A stretch of 64,000 nucleotides of DNA from Owenia fusiformis (taxonomy: Eukaryota), in contig CAIIXF020000001.1 of assembly GCA_903813345.2 (NCBI GenBank), positions 9,548,001-9,612,000 of the forward strand, in the 5' to 3' direction. Within the stretch, counting starts at the first letter, position 1. Every line of letters starts with the position of its first letter. This document shows positions 1 to 14,685 of the stretch, piece after piece. Below the pieces are notes generated by a model. The model saw only the letters and a program-made list of their open reading frames with translations, had not been told where the DNA came from and made no database searches. Position numbers and translations under genes: made by a program.

Positions 1-63
1 ATATAGGTCAATCACTTCACTTCCTTTAATTCTATAAATTCCGTATTGTTCAACTTATCTTAT

Positions 64-375
64 AATTCTTGAAATGGTCCCATATGATGATCATGAAAGG
101 AGAAAATTCTACAGTATATATAATATCTTCTAAAATGATATATAAGCACAAATGCCTAAGGGAATACCTTTTTAACTTTGTGGTTTGTTCCCAGAATGAA
201 ATATAAAGGTTAGGCCAATGCAATTCTTGAAATTGTCCCATATGATGATCATGAAAGGAGAAAATTCTACAGAATATATATATATATATATAAATATTAT
301 AATATTTTCTAAAATAATACCTGTTTAACTTTGTGGCTAGTTCCCAGAATGAAATGTAAAGGTTAGGCCAATGCA
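64..375. repeat. Tandem duplication, 2 copies of ~155 bp
   Basis: aattcttgaaat.gtcccatatgatgatcatgaaaggagaaaattctacag occurs at ~64 and ~222; tttaactttgtgg...ggttaggccaatgca occurs at ~171 and ~324. Confidence 0.85.
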
Positions 376-1607
376 CTAGATTAATTACTAATTAGCAGTT
401 ATAGGGATGTAATTCCTCTTTATTTCGAACCAATTGTATTGACGGGAAATAAAATAGGTCGCTTGCATCTACACAACATCCTCATTCTAATGTGAAGAAA
501 TTGTCTTAGCCTGGGCAAATGTCGGCCATTTGTTTTTGAAAACCAATTATCTGAAATCCATTAGCGTCAATACGTAATCTTTTGTTTAACTTTATTTCTA
601 ATTTGACCCAGTCTGCATGTTAAGAGTTTTAGGTATAGATAATGTTTATGAATTCACAGGGAAGAAAATATCTAGAGATTATACCATAGGTTAGGTGAAG
701 ATTACTAATTGTTGCGACTTGGAGAGTGGACATTAACAATGTAGTTATGCTACTAGGATTTTATGATGATACTGACATGGTCATCCAATTAATAAAGATA
801 GATAATATATCTGAGGATAACATATATCCTATTTCATTGTCTTATACTAATGGACGCATTCTTGACTTAAAGAAAATACATTAGCGAATATCGAAATGCC
901 ATTAGATATGCTCTTTGACAATCCATTAAAAGAACGGATTGTCCCTTTACGATCATCTTAACGTCATAAAATCACACGGACGTTTCTAGAGAAAATTACA
1001 TGGTGGATTAGCGCTAAACGCAGGTTGGCAAATTCTTATTCTGTTGATAGGCTATGATATTTCTTGTTCCGAGACTGAAACCAGAACCTATACTAGTTAT
1101 TGTATACTTCGGGATCATAAAGAAGTAGATGCTGTGGCTGACTGACTCGATCATTTCTTTTGTAGCAATTGTTTAGAAATGTAACACATTCGATTGATAA
1201 TCGCTACCTAAGTAACACATCGGTTACTATTTATATATGAACTAATCGCAATGCCCAGACAACTTATTGCCAGAATACGAGAAATAGGTGAAACAAAAGC
1301 GACTAAGCCATAGACAATCTAGGATTTATTGCGAAATAAGTTTATAGGATAACATGGTATTAAAACACGGATCTCTCATAGTAATTATAGCGCTTTAATA
1401 GAACAGTTTTTCTGTTTACCAATCAACTTTAATAACACGATTTACTTATTTACAAAGTAGACAAAATAATGCAAAGCGAGACATCAGGAAAGCATTGAGT
1501 CATTGCAATGACACTGTAAACAGCTCTGAGGAAAATAAGAAACGGCTTTTTAATAGCAATTGCCGTTGAAGATTATTGCGAACTAGACGCTGATGATAAC
1601 ATACATA

Positions 1608-1890
1608 GATATTGGGGAGAGGTAAGTTAAATTTGTTCAAAAACCTTTCACGTTGTCATTACTTCTAAGATATTTTCTTTTAACAAATGCAACGAAAATT
1701 ATATTGAGAAGAGGTAAGTTTTTGTTCAAAAACCTCTTCACGTTTTCATTACTTCTAAGATATTTTCTTTTAATAAATGCAACGAAAATTATATTGAGAA
1801 GAGGTAAGTTTTTGTTCAAAAACCTCTTCACGTTTTCATTACTTCGAAGATTTTTTTTATATTCTCCTTTTACAAATGAAACGAGAATTA
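1608..1890. repeat. Tandem repeat, ~90-bp unit, ~3 copies
   Basis: gaggtaagtt...gttcaaaaacct..cacgtt.tcattactt recurs at ~1618, 1711 and 1801. It explains the repetitive ORFs 1637-1957 and 1653-1982. Confidence 0.85.
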
Positions 1891-4584
1891 TCCTCCAACA
1901 GTGTGATGTCTTACATAAAAGTAATTGTTCTGAAGCAATAAAGTATGATTTTCTCAATTATTACAATTTTATATTCTTATAGTAGGACAATTTTATTGAT
2001 GAAAATAAATCGATGCTAGGCTATTTAGTGGAATGACAAAATAACGTACACGTGTGTTTTATCTTGTTAATGGTAAAACTATATATGCCAAAACTGAAAG
2101 ATTTATCAGTTCCAATTTTTCTTTATGCGACGTTTTATTACGTAATATATGCTACCATTTGTGCCTAGATAGAAGGGCTTATCATAGTCATTTGGTGAAC
2201 AAGCGATTTCACCATGTTGTTCTAATAAAACAAAAGAGTAAATGGGACAGAAAAGACGTTAAATTCAGTTTAATTGACTTTAAAAAAGTTAATAGGGATG
2301 ATAGTGAGGTTAATCCACATTCTGTCTGGAAAATGATAAGAGTTATCTCCTGATCTCAGTGGCCATTGGACAATAATGAAAGTATATAAAAATCTCCTTT
2401 AGAGTGATTAGACGCATTATTCCTAACTTTTTATTTGAGTCAGGGTGCTCATAATAATATAATACATAAATATCACCCGTCATCAAAATATTAGCACACG
2501 TAATTGAAATTTGAATATGCAGATATATTTTGTTATCACATAAACAAAGGACCATAGCCGGTCACACTATAGGTGTTAACAAAGGCTTTGAAGGGTAGAA
2601 AAACACAGTAAAGATGTAATCATGGATCTTTACAATGATGGATGGATTGGATAGAAATCTACAATTTGCATCGTATATTGGAGGAATAGTTACGCCTGGC
2701 GATGATAACAGACTATTTAATTAAGTTATAGCAGCATTATCTAAGATTTAAAGTTATAGACTCCCGGAATGTGCAATTAACTCGACAAACTAGCGTTAAT
2801 CGCAGAGTCAATGATCATCTCAGTAGCAATAGGGCAACGACTATTAGCTTATTGCACGTTTTGAATCTTGTTATATTATAATTCGAGTTTTATAGCACAG
2901 GTATAGTAGATGAAAATGATTTATCGTAAAGTGTAACTTATTGCATAAGATGGATTCCATATTTTTACAAGTCAGTGTTTCATATCGGTGAATTGGTCTT
3001 TTTAAAAGTGTTTTTTATGATCTTCGCCATTTATAAAAATACCTGGTGAGATGAGACGTTCCCTTTTTAGTTCTAATTAATTCAGACATCTGTATCTAAA
3101 TCTTCATTACTTCCGTATTTGATCAGATGTCTATTTCAGATATTAAAATGACCGTATGCGGAACACTGCCTAGTTTCTTGACAATATTAGGGAGGCTAAG
3201 ATACACGTTTTAAAAAAACGTGTACGTGAACGTATAGAATTATGGTCCTGTGTGTAGTTGTTCTACCATTTGTACCATTTCCTTGAATTGACCGATTGAT
3301 ATTAAAGGTATACGGAAAATAAGTGTAATTAGATCCCTTGATATACAGGGTGGGCAAAAACACCACTTTTTCAAGACACTATTATAACTTTTATTTTCCA
3401 ACCTACATACACCAAATTTTGCAGTTATATAGTGTCAGGGGTCCTCAGTAATAAAATAATGTAACAAGTCCTTCAACTTGGATTGTATTTGATCTAAAAG
3501 AGGAGTTCAATTGGTCCGCCACCCTCTTTGATGATAGCCTTAAGTCAAGTCGCCATGCTGATATAGCAGTGTATAAGTAAATTGAGGGCGGGATAGTAAT
3601 CCCCAGGGGTCTAAATATTACACGCTCATGTACAGGTTCTCTTAAAATCTGAACATCCCTATTTCTGTCAACAGATCCCTTCAATGGAGGTTAGCTAACC
3701 GTTTTTATAAATAACTTGTACGCGAACGTGTAGAATTCTGATCATCTAGGGATTTGTACAACCTGTAGAGGTACAGCAAAACCTGTGTATATTGAACATT
3801 TTTTGCCGAGAAAAAGGTTCAGTGTTGGTAGGTGTTCACTACAGAGAAGGTAATTTATACAGAAGTCAGCAGAGTATGTGTGGAGGATGGTTGTCCACTA
3901 GAGACAGGTCTTCACTCGAGAAAGACGGGTTTTCTGTACCATGAAAATAGAGGTTCCTGGAGAGGTGAAGAGTAATCACTGGGGATCATAATTACGTTCA
4001 CGTTTACATTATAGTTCCTTTAAAAATGTATAGCTTAACCTCTTAATAAGGTTGTTGATAACACAGAGTAAATAATCAGTAGTTCTTTAGGAAATTAGAA
4101 CATTCTTCCTCTCGGAAAGTGCCTTTTAATCAACTAAGGTGTATTACATCCGTGGATATCGCAAACAGGTTAAAACGACTTTCGTTAATTATTCAGTCAA
4201 TTAAACTCGATGTTTTTCCTATTTCAGTTTTCCGACATATAAATGCTTCAATAAAAGTTTCTACGTGTTCTTTCAAAAGTCAACGTTCCATGCAAACATA
4301 TTTCAATAGTCCACGAGAAATACAGGTCACAAATGACAAAACTGAACAGGGGAAAAGATGACCTTGAGTAAAAAAGAATAAATATTATGATTAAAGCTAC
4401 TTTAGCTAAATAAGTGCTTATGCATGTCTTAGTGTTAGGAATTAAGTAGATACATAAAATGACCTATTTCTGAGCATTTCCTTTAAATTGCCCACACTTT
4501 TAAGAAAATAAATTGGAAGATACAATGAAATTCCAATTGGCCAACCAAAGGGAATTTATTATCAATAGAAACACCTTGACAAAA

Positions 4585-4920
4585 CAACTCATGGTTAATC
4601 TTCCTTCAAAAGGCTTTGTCTCAGATGAACTCATTCAAGCGTTGTCCCAGATAAACTCATAGTTCATCTTTCTTCAACAGGCTTTTTCAGATAAACTCAT
4701 GGTTCATATTTCATCAACAGGATTTTTCAGATAAACTCATGGTTCATATTTCATCAACAGGATTTTACAGATAAACTCATGGTTCATTTTTCATCAACAG
4801 GCTTTTTCAGATAAACTCATGGTTCATCTTCCTTCAACAGGCTTTATCCTTGATAAAATCATGGTTCATCTTTCAACAGGCCCCGTCCCAGATAAACTGG
4901 GCTCATCTTTCTTCAACCAC
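4585..4920. repeat. Minisatellite, ~40-bp unit, ~8 degenerate copies
   Basis: cagataaactcatggttcat.ttt/ccatcaacagg occurs at 4688, 4728, 4768 and 4808, with more degenerate copies on each side. Confidence 0.85.
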
Positions 4921-5937
4921 CTTTGTCCTAGATTTTCGATCGGAACGAGAGGTTAATTTTCATACTTTGTTTCTCGTGAGCCTCATTTACTTCTTTTATT
5001 TGAATTCATAGATTACTAAGGTAACAATAACATTCATATTATTCAAATTATGTAAGAAATGCTCCCGGGTCTGAATACGTGTAGTACTGAATCCATGCAC
5101 GTATATAAATAAGTTCGTGACATGGATTTTGAGTGTCGTTCTCTTACTTATGATCTTATATGTTCAGAGGTCTATACAAACGCTGAATTATCCCAATGGG
5201 GGTATTGGAACAGAATTGAGACATAAAACCCAATTGCATCTTGGAGGCTACTAATCTATGTTCTCTGACGTTGCTCTGGAATAATCTACAGATGAGCTGA
5301 TTTACTACAAATTGGCCACCCTGAGTTGCAACTAAGTATTTATCGCTGCCATACCACACAGACGATACACAAATTGTTGAAATCATGAGATTGACGGATG
5401 GTCATTACGAATGGCTTGATGATTTGTTGACTGTAAGATTGGTAATGAAATTATACATTCCGTTCTTTGAACATCATTCAAGTTAATGTTGGAGTTCTAA
5501 TGAATTCTACCTGAATGAATAAAACTTATTTGTCAATATGTTTATCTTACTACCTGTTACCATAAAATAGATTAAGGGAAAACCTCTCAAGTAAGTTTAT
5601 GCAAAGTATACTGTTGACAGGGTAGCGTTTCAATGGCTTCCAGGTTGAGCGTACTGGATGGATGATCCGAACTTTTGTCAAGGAACTTCTGTGCTAGAGA
5701 TGTGCTATGGGATTATAAAAGATACCAAAAACTATGAGAACACACGCGGTACTTTTAAAATGTCCTATTGCAATAACCCAGATGCCAGTAGGTAGTTAAC
5801 AGTTTCACCACCAGGTGGCTAATTCGGGTCAGATAACATGGCAGATATTAGAAAGTTCCCTTAAACATGAATATTCATCAGTTCTAATTGATCGATTTTC
5901 ATATTACCCTTATCTATCTGATAGTTATACGAAAATA

Positions 5938-6776
5938 CGAGAGTTGTCCAAAAAGTCTTGAAATTTTTGCTTTAACTTTCTAGAATATTCTTCATTTCAT
6001 TTTAAATTTTGCGTATTCTGCAATTAAAGTGTTATATCCTGAAGTATCAACCTCCTACAACAATGTTAAGTCTTGAAAAATGGTTCCTATAGCAACGCAG
6101 GCGTGGCATGGGTGAGGCAGGTACCAATTTTTCTAATCATGAAAACGTCTAAAGAGTTATTCCACTTATATTTCTTTTTTTCTCAATAATCAGAATAATT
6201 GGGAAATTACTACATTTATTCAGCATGGTGTTCATCAGCACAAATAATGACAATGGGCAAGATGATGTTTGCAACAGTTCAACAGTCCCAAATTTAAACT
6301 CAGTCACGTGGTCACGGTCGAGAAATTGCAAAATGGTTGCAATTCTCCGACCTGATAGGTAGTCATTGGATTCAGTTAATTGCAATGCGCATACTTGGTC
6401 TCACAACCACAAACTCACACTACCATGATAAAATATGGAATATAGACCATGCATTATAATTATGAGATGGTAAAAGAGATTTCAAAATGATAACAGACAC
6501 TTAATGACTACTCCAAACCTGGGAGGACTCGGGACTCCACGAGTCGTGGTAAAAAAGAATACATCAATCAAATTTAAAATGTGCTCTTATTTTAAGTATT
6601 GCGTCATAGGATGTGGCCCCATCTCTTGAAAGCCCGTGGTGGTCCTAAATTCAACATTTTGAATGATTTTGTCTTGATTTTAGCCTCCTTAAAAGTACCC
6701 CGATAGGGCAAATCTCATGATACTTTTGAAATGTTCATAAAAATGAAACCATGCAGATTTCTTTGGACAACCCTCG
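5938..6776. mobile_element. Mariner-like non-autonomous element with TA TSD, nested in an older dispersed repeat
   Basis: TA-CGAGAGTTGTCCAAAAAG ... CTTTGGACAACCCTCG-TA. The flanks match the reverse complement of ~24755-25120, where the site is empty. Confidence 0.8.
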
Positions 6777-7605
6777 TATGTCCAACAAAACAAAATATTA
6801 TCTGTCCAATAAAAGAAAAAATATGTCACGTTTTATGATTTTATAACATGGATTCTATGTGGAACGACCTAGAAGTCACATTTTCAAATAAAATAAAATT
6901 TTCAAAGTTGATTAATTAACAGTTTTTGGAACCACACTAGATGTAATTTTACATGTAGATTTCGGATATGACATCGCTTTGATTGAATTTTGAAATTTGA
7001 TGATGTAAATCTAGATTATTACTACTCATCTAGTCTATTGGTGTTTAATAGAATAATCCAATCTACACCGAAACTCAAATTTAAATGCTTTATGCAACTT
7101 GTATTACTGGGTGAACGTTCTAAAGTAAAATTCTAAATATGATGCCTATAATTCATAGATGCCCTCTTGATATGGTATTATGGGACCATTGGGATTAGTA
7201 GAAACGATAATGCATTACTTACGATGGGTTTTGTCGTTATAATATTAATATATGTCTTGGACAACATATAAACAATTAGTCAAAGCAATAAAAGATATAC
7301 GTGAAATGAATTTTTGAGAAGCAAGATGTCAAACGTCCAATACTGTCACATGGCGCCTCGCTGTTCACATGCACCGATATTGTGCTTGGAATTGAATAAG
7401 ATCTGATAGCAATAAATTGTTTATAAAGTAACTATATTATTTGATTTATGTAGATATTGGAAATTGCAGATTACTTAAATTCTTTTCCCCCAGTCGCAAT
7501 CATCTAGTAACACAACCATCGACAAGTCGCTATAGCAAACTAAGATGATGTCTTCATCAGTTTTTCAACAGGAAGTTGAAATATCGATTGCTACATATTA
7601 AATTT

Positions 7606-8128
7606 GTTAGGTAGGCAACTTTATTTAACAAAAAATCGATTCGTTTCTACAGGTTCAACAAAATTATAAGTCTTTAAAGTCAAAAGTGTTTTTCAAAAAA
7701 CCTCTCCCATTGAAATAACACAGGAGACGAAAATGATTTTCAAAAATGACTTTGAAGCTCTGTAACTTTAGTATTCATCAAGTAAACTAAACACTTAATG
7801 TACAAAAATTTAGACAATTCAATTTTCTATATACAAATATTATTCAATCTTATTCACACCGAACCCACCATTTCCCATTGGTTTACATGGGAATGACGAT
7901 TTTCAAAAATTCATCTTTATCATCAATTTTAGACCTTTAATTGTAATTGAGGAAAAAATTGGGAAAATTTGAAGGTATTGGAAATAAAGTCAAGTTACGT
8001 TTCCATCAATATTACAAGTTATTATCTCGCATCTCAGATTAAGTAAATAAAAATTCAAACGTATTAAAGAGGCTTTAACACGTAGTTCCATGGGGGAGCT
8101 AAGGTTGCTAAATTTATGGAGGGGAGTG
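7606..8128. mobile_element. Truncated copy of the Tc1/mariner-type MITE at 11731-12597
   Basis: Colinear with ~12035-12597 and ends in ATGGAGGGGAGTG-TA. Confidence 0.8.
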
Positions 8129-11100
8129 TACATTACATGACCACTTGTGAAAGGTTATCTTGTGCCAAGACCATCTCAGGTTCTGGTCTTGCAGACCTTC
8201 CACAGAATCCTATGTCATATTTCTTACCTCAATCGATTCTAAACATCAACCTGGCAACCTGGATGTTCTGTCACAGCCAAAAAGGCTGCGGCTGTCTCAA
8301 ATTACAAAGGTATACACTTCGATTTTTGAATCAGGTTATGAATGTGACTTTTGGGCCTCATTTTCAAAAATTCCCCCAAAAATTGGCATCGATATTTCAA
8401 AAGTGTCCAGAATTATTTTAGATTCTCGAAAAGATGTAGGCTAGAACGGATTTTCAAAAAATTGTGCTCCGTCAACCTGCTCCAGATTTGTAATTGATGA
8501 TGACATGTAGAATATCGAGCAGATCTTTCGCGGGAAGTGCTAATCACATCCAAATTTACAAGGGATAAGATTTCGGCCATGGTCTTACTTAATAAGCTCC
8601 AAAGGAACATCATTGCTTGATGATATTTAAAGAAATGCATACGGGTATGCTGATCGAGTTATCTAATTGTATACTGATACATTCATAGGATAGCTCAAGA
8701 CTAAGTTGATCTTCGTCTTTCGTGATCTGCAATTCTTGTCATCGTGATTGCGGAAATGATATTCCGATAGGGGTAATCAAATCCTGATCCAAACCAGATT
8801 ACATTTGAAAAGTATAAAATAGAGACGAGTTGTAGGATAAGCATTTCAAAAAGTTGTTATTGAAAAATTGTGAACGAGATGGGAAAGTTTAGATTTGGGA
8901 ACATGATATTTCACCAAAAATCAAGAATATCGAACAACTTGACTTGACATAAAAGTTGCTTAATCTGCATCTTTAATTTAGAGCAACTGTCATATTTCAT
9001 CGGGTGTCTCAAACGTTTTTCAGCAGTAAAGTGGGTGACTGTCATATTCCATCGGGTGTCTCAAACGTTTTTCAGCAGTAACGTTATTACACGGGTAACT
9101 TTAAGACGCTTTTTGTAATGAATTCTTCGACTTTTCACCCTCTAGCCTTTACTGCTACTATCAATTACTATTAATCCAGTTTTTAGAAATGTCAATTGAA
9201 AGATTGTTGAAAGACTCTGTGTAAAGTATGGCGCGTTGACATGAATTTGTATTCTAAACACTGCACTGCCGTCCGTGGCTTTGTGAATATAAAATATATA
9301 AAGAATTTATGAGGCCCGGAAAGGGAATTCAGACATCAAATACAATGATGGATCGGCGACCAGAATTTTAATGTATGGTCAATGAACTGAACAGCATTTT
9401 TGTGACTGGCCTTTGGCATCGGTGGTCGGCGTCTGTAACCGTCTTTTAAATAATAACTTTACAGGGCTGTGACATTTTCTATGTAAATGCTGTGATTTAA
9501 TCATTTCATAAATATTTATAATTAGATTATTAGATTATACAAAGTTTATATCAGAATGAATGGTTAAGTAAGTTGCGTTTTACTCTTTTTGAATTGTGCA
9601 GTGGGGATATTGACATTTACTAGGATGACGAAACCTTAAGAGGTTTTGTCTCCTAAAATATTGAACTGTGAAAACGACACCGCCTTTATAACAGATAACC
9701 AAGACCTCTTGTACTTCGAATGCTAAAAAGAGTACTGAGAAATGGATTTAAGTATCTGCTTCTTTGGGGTACATCCGAAAACTTTCTATTCTGACAGCGC
9801 ATTGGGAACTTGGGTGATTCCTTTTAGCACGTACCATGTCTTATAGCACGTAACCACCTCTTGCCCTTATCATTCCTGTATATTAAATGTCTCAGCATAC
9901 CATCTCATTCATTCAAGAAAAACTATGTGAACGGTTCCCTTTCTAACTTTCCATTCTGTCTAACTTTCTGCATGACATATAAAAGTAATGCAGACATCAA
10001 GCTTTGGTCATAGACCATCACTGAGAGTGCATTTTATTGCCATTTATTTATCACAAAGTTGACCTAATTTATTTTGCCGTAAGGTTGATTGGAATGAAAT
10101 CTTAACCTAATGAAAAATATATGAGCTCTAGCACTCCGTTCCCGGAAACCCAAGCGGTGCAGCAAAGCAATAACCATCACTCAAGATTGATAAGGGTATG
10201 GTTAGGATGCAGAAAAGAATAGATCTTAACACGCCTGATCTAACAGGACTGTAGACGTCAAATATCTTTTTTGCACCAAAGCGTCTATAAGTTGTTGTTT
10301 TATGTCATACCATGGGCATTGAAGAGACATGGTCAAACTATAACCTGTTACGTATTTCCCAGTGCAATTTTCTTGCGTCTTCAATCAAAGCGAATGTTAA
10401 CAAGGTAAGAAAATAAAAAACATGACTTAAAATGTCATGACAATCCAGTGACATTGGTATGTACATACATAAATCAAATTAACCTATACAATGCAACATG
10501 GTGTGCAGGAAAATGGAAATTGCAAGCGGAATTTGATAAATATTAGATTTACCATTTTAGACTACTTTATTAAAGAATCGATGTTTTTGAAAGCCTTGAA
10601 GATAAATATTTGTCATTATATTGACCTTATTGGTGATGTTCTCAAATAGCATGTTGCTGTCTTTTAATGCATCGATCGAGTAAATAAATCATCAAATGAA
10701 TTCTATCATCTATTAATTTACAGCGATTAACGATCATCTTTCATTTTCGGGTTTTGGTCGTGGTATGACGTTCCGAGATATTTTGTATTTAGGGTGAACT
10801 TAACCTCGGTCGGCTGAACGATATCAAAGATTGTCTTTTGTTTATAGTTCGAGTATTATTCCTTTAAAAACATTTCCGTAAATTTCGAATACGGATTGCA
10901 TGAATATGTCTGAAGACGACGTTTTCATTAATAATTTTTATTTAATTTTTAAGATGAAAAATTGAATAAAAATTCTATTTAACACCATGTGCAATTGATG
11001 TAGAAGTTAATTGCTTAGTTGATTCTAGACACTGTGTTATCATTCAAAAGTGCTTCGATTGCTTTATCTCAGCCATACTTGGTCTTGATTCCAAACATAT

Positions 11101-11730
11101 TTTTCTCAGCCAATAAACCAAATGTCGCTGAACTTATGGTTGGAAACAATAAATTCAGTTATCGAAAAATCAAAAGAGTATTCGAGAATAGAAATTAAAT
11201 AACTTCACGTAAATTATTATATTCCTCATGACCTTCTTGGTTATAAATCAAACGTGACTAGTCAATATAATTTTTACATAATAAGATTTCCCCGGTATGA
11301 TTTATTTCAAATTCTAATATCAAAACATGTTTCCAATCGCCCGGGGTCTTTAAACAAAATCTAACTTGAGGAGGGACAAGTTCACATATTAGCAGAAATA
11401 AAAAAAATTAACCATCTGAGACATGAGTTATGAATAACTTTCTATTGAGGAGAGGTTAATATCCCCATAACACTTTTTGGTGTTTCTCTGAGACACTTGG
11501 TGCAACTCGTTCAAGATCTTTCTTTCAAAATTTGAAGGGTGACACACTTTGGGAGCATCCCGGGGGAGCATTTAAGAAAAATAGCTTAGGCGTACTAAAA
11601 TCTGCATATAATATGAAGTTCGGTTCATAAATAAAGTTAACATGATAGACATGGGCATATTCATAATAGGGCCCTAAAAAGCAAGTCAGCTCTAACCCTG
11701 TTTATGATTCTTTTCTAAAATGGGTTCTTA

Positions 11731-12597
11731 CACTCCCCTCCATAAGTTTGGCAACCTTAGCTCCACCATTGAACTACGTGTTACTAGAGCATCTTTACTT
11801 TGGATTTTTATTTACTTAACATGCGATGAAAATACTATATACTGTTGATGGAAACGTAATTTGACTTCATTACCAATGCCTCCAAATTTATCATTTTTTC
11901 CTCAATTACAATAGGTTGAAAATTGATGATAAATTTTTGAAAATCGACATTCCCATGTTAACCAAAGGGAAATGGTAGGCTTGCCGCAAGTCATATGACA
12001 GAATATTCATCCGAGTCCTTGCAAAAAATACAAGTTAGGTAGGCAATTGAATTTGCTAACTTTATTTAACAAAAATTTAATACGTTTCTTCAGGTTCAAC
12101 AAAATTATAAGTCTTTAAAGTCAAAAGTGTTTTTCAAAAAAAACTCTCCCATTGAAATAACAAAGGAGGCGAAAAATGATTTTCAAAAATGACTTTGAAG
12201 CTCTGTAACTTTAGTATTCATCAAGCAAACTAAACACAAAAAAAGTGCACAAAAAGTTAGAAAATTCAATTTTCGATATAAAAATATTTTTGCTGAATCT
12301 TTTACTGAATAGATATCCTGATTTCTGATTTACCCCGAACCCACCATTTCCCATTAGTTTACATGGGAATGACGATTTTCAAATATTCATCAAATTTATC
12401 ATCAATCTTCGACCTTTTGTAATTGAGGAAAAAATTGATAAAGGAGATATTTGAAATAAGGTCAAGTTACGTTTCCATCAATATCATAAGTTATTTCATC
12501 GCAGGTTCAGGTTAAGTGAATAAAAAGTCAAACGTAAAGAGGCTTTAACACGTAGTTCAATGGGGAGCTAAAGTTGCCAAACCTATGGAGGGGAGTG
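11731..12597. mobile_element. Tc1/mariner-type MITE with ~250-bp imperfect TIRs and TA TSD
   Basis: TA-CACTCCCCTCCATAAGTTTGGCAAC ... GTTGCCAAACCTATGGAGGGGAGTG-TA. Confidence 0.85.
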
Positions 12598-14407
12598 TAT
12601 GTTGCCGCAGTACTGATTTGAAATGTGACTGTGGCTTTAGTTATAGCCTATACAAAGTTCCATTTCATCATACTTATTCTACAATGAAAAATACCCAGAT
12701 GAATTACTACTTCACATCAACTCTTATCGAAATCGTAAATATTTCACTCAATAACCATGCTCTGCATATACAAAAATTCACCCGAGTAGAAATTGGAGTA
12801 CTGTAGTTGCTCTATTGCTTTAAGATAATGGTATACTTCCATACTATATCCGTTTTTTATTTTCTCCCATTTTACCCATCATTCACGTTTAAGCAGCACC
12901 ATGTGTGCCCAGTACCTATGGTACTATTTTTATGGAATTCATCAATTAAAAACACTATAGTTGTTTACCTTATGCCAAGTAGAGTTTTAGGGAGATAAGT
13001 TGGTAAGATATATCCCGTATCCTGATTTTGATAGGTTTCCATATTTAGAACCTCCATATCCCCCGTCATATCTCCTGCTCCAGGAAATATCTTCCCGCTT
13101 TGAAAAAAAATTGAAAAAAAAATGAAAAAATTGTTTAAAAAAATGTTGAAAAAATCAGATTTTCTTAGAAAACTCCACTTGGTTTAGGATAAAGCAGTTA
13201 TGTACGGTCGGTTTGGATATGGGGTATATCCACCCTCTGGATAAACCCCATATCCAAAACCTCCCAGCACATAACCCTTATTTATGTGTTTCGTTATGTA
13301 TTGAATACAAAAAATGATTCAGTTGCATAACTAAACAAAAAAACGTGATCTTCAAATATTTTATTGCTGCATTTCCTGATCTACCTTCAAATATAATGCA
13401 TATGACAATTTAAAATCAGAAATGATCAGTTCACTTCTTTAATGAACAAATGCAATCCCGCTCGATATTTAAATCATCATTACATATTATGTGATACCTT
13501 GATGAGTATCTATTATCTAATGTAAATAGAACAGATATTCCTCTCAGAATAAACCGGATTTCCTTTCTTTGAATCCAGGTGAATGAGGTAGATTTTTATA
13601 GTTTGCACGGGGTACATGATCATGAATATTGAGATAATATTGTACTTTGATATTTCTGGAATATCTCAATATGAAGTTCACAGAGCTTGTTTATGCGTTT
13701 TAGACTAGGGGGAAAGGCGTTTATAAAAGACTTATATTGAGTGGTTCCCATCGTTCATATCTAATGTTGGATTTTCTATTTTTATAGGTTGATATCCTTA
13801 GGCAAGTTTTCCGTTCAGACGAGTGCACTTTACTAAGAACTGAGATGGACGGATTCTCGTACCACATAGCGATTTTCACACAAGTTATCGTATTAGGTGA
13901 GGAAATAGATGTAGCAATTAAAATGTTGTTCCTCATTTACTTTTCCGTATCCATGCAATGTATATATTTTTCATAGAGTCTGGCCGAGAATGAACAATGG
14001 AAAAATATGTTTAGCGATGCAGAGATTGTCGTCGAGTGCCTTTTAGGACATGCATCATGCAATTTTATGGTTAAATAAAGAAACACAACTAAACCCGGGG
14101 TCCCTTCGTCATTTCCACCATGGGCCATCTTCACGTAGTCAGACTCGCCGATTTCTTCCTGGATGTTTTATGGAGACTGGAGTGGTATAAAAATGTCAAA
14201 ATTTGTTGAGACGAATATCCGTATACCATTTTTTACCAGTATTATTCAAGCAAATCTATTCAATCTTTTATCGACATTGAGTTTCTCGTCGGAGTGACTT
14301 TGACCGAAGTACTTGTTTCCGCGCAAAGTGTTTTATCTTGGTACTTTATGAATCTACTAGCAGGTTTCAGGAAGCATTTGCTCAGCGAAGTCAGCAAAAC
14401 CTACTTC

Positions 14408-14480
14408 ATGAATAGTGCTCCTGATCTTCTTAGTATTGCTTACATTTTTGATATGGCTTTTTCAATTAAGTTTAAAACAG
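14408..14480 (+). CDS. Candidate first coding exon of the GPCR (MNSAPDLLSIAYIFDMAFSIKFKT); alternative in-frame ATG at 14348
   Basis: The donor ACAG|gtaaat is phase 1 and matches the phase of the next exon. The peptide has no recognisable motif, so the start is uncertain. Confidence 0.4.
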
Positions 14481-14685
14481 GTAAATACGACATTATTCAC
14501 TGATATTATGCCACCGCCAAAAGTGATGACATATTGTTATGGTCTCCATTTTTGTGACGGTGTCTGGCGTTCGGCGTCTGTAACAAATGGCAGGTGGTGA
14601 TATTTTGCATGATAATGCGTTGCTTTAATTTAAATTGAATGTCATAATTGTAAAAATCGTTAAAGCCCATGATTTTCCCTTTCAG

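Noticed and set aside
10312-10404. Possible upstream GPCR coding exon ending AAG|gtaaga
   Set aside because: The ATG frame gives phase 0, incompatible with the phase-1 acceptor at 14686. It could be a UTR exon, but nothing supports that.
14415-14480. Signal-peptide-like frame VLLIFLVLLTFLIWLF as the GPCR start
   Set aside because: There is no ATG (TGA lies just upstream), and its phase-0 donor is out of frame with the GPCR exon at 14686.
14505-14600. Shared motif ttttgtgac...ggcgtctgtaac (also ~9398-9440 and ~35130-35200) as a regulatory element
   Set aside because: More likely fragments of a dispersed repeat family; the boundaries could not be defined.
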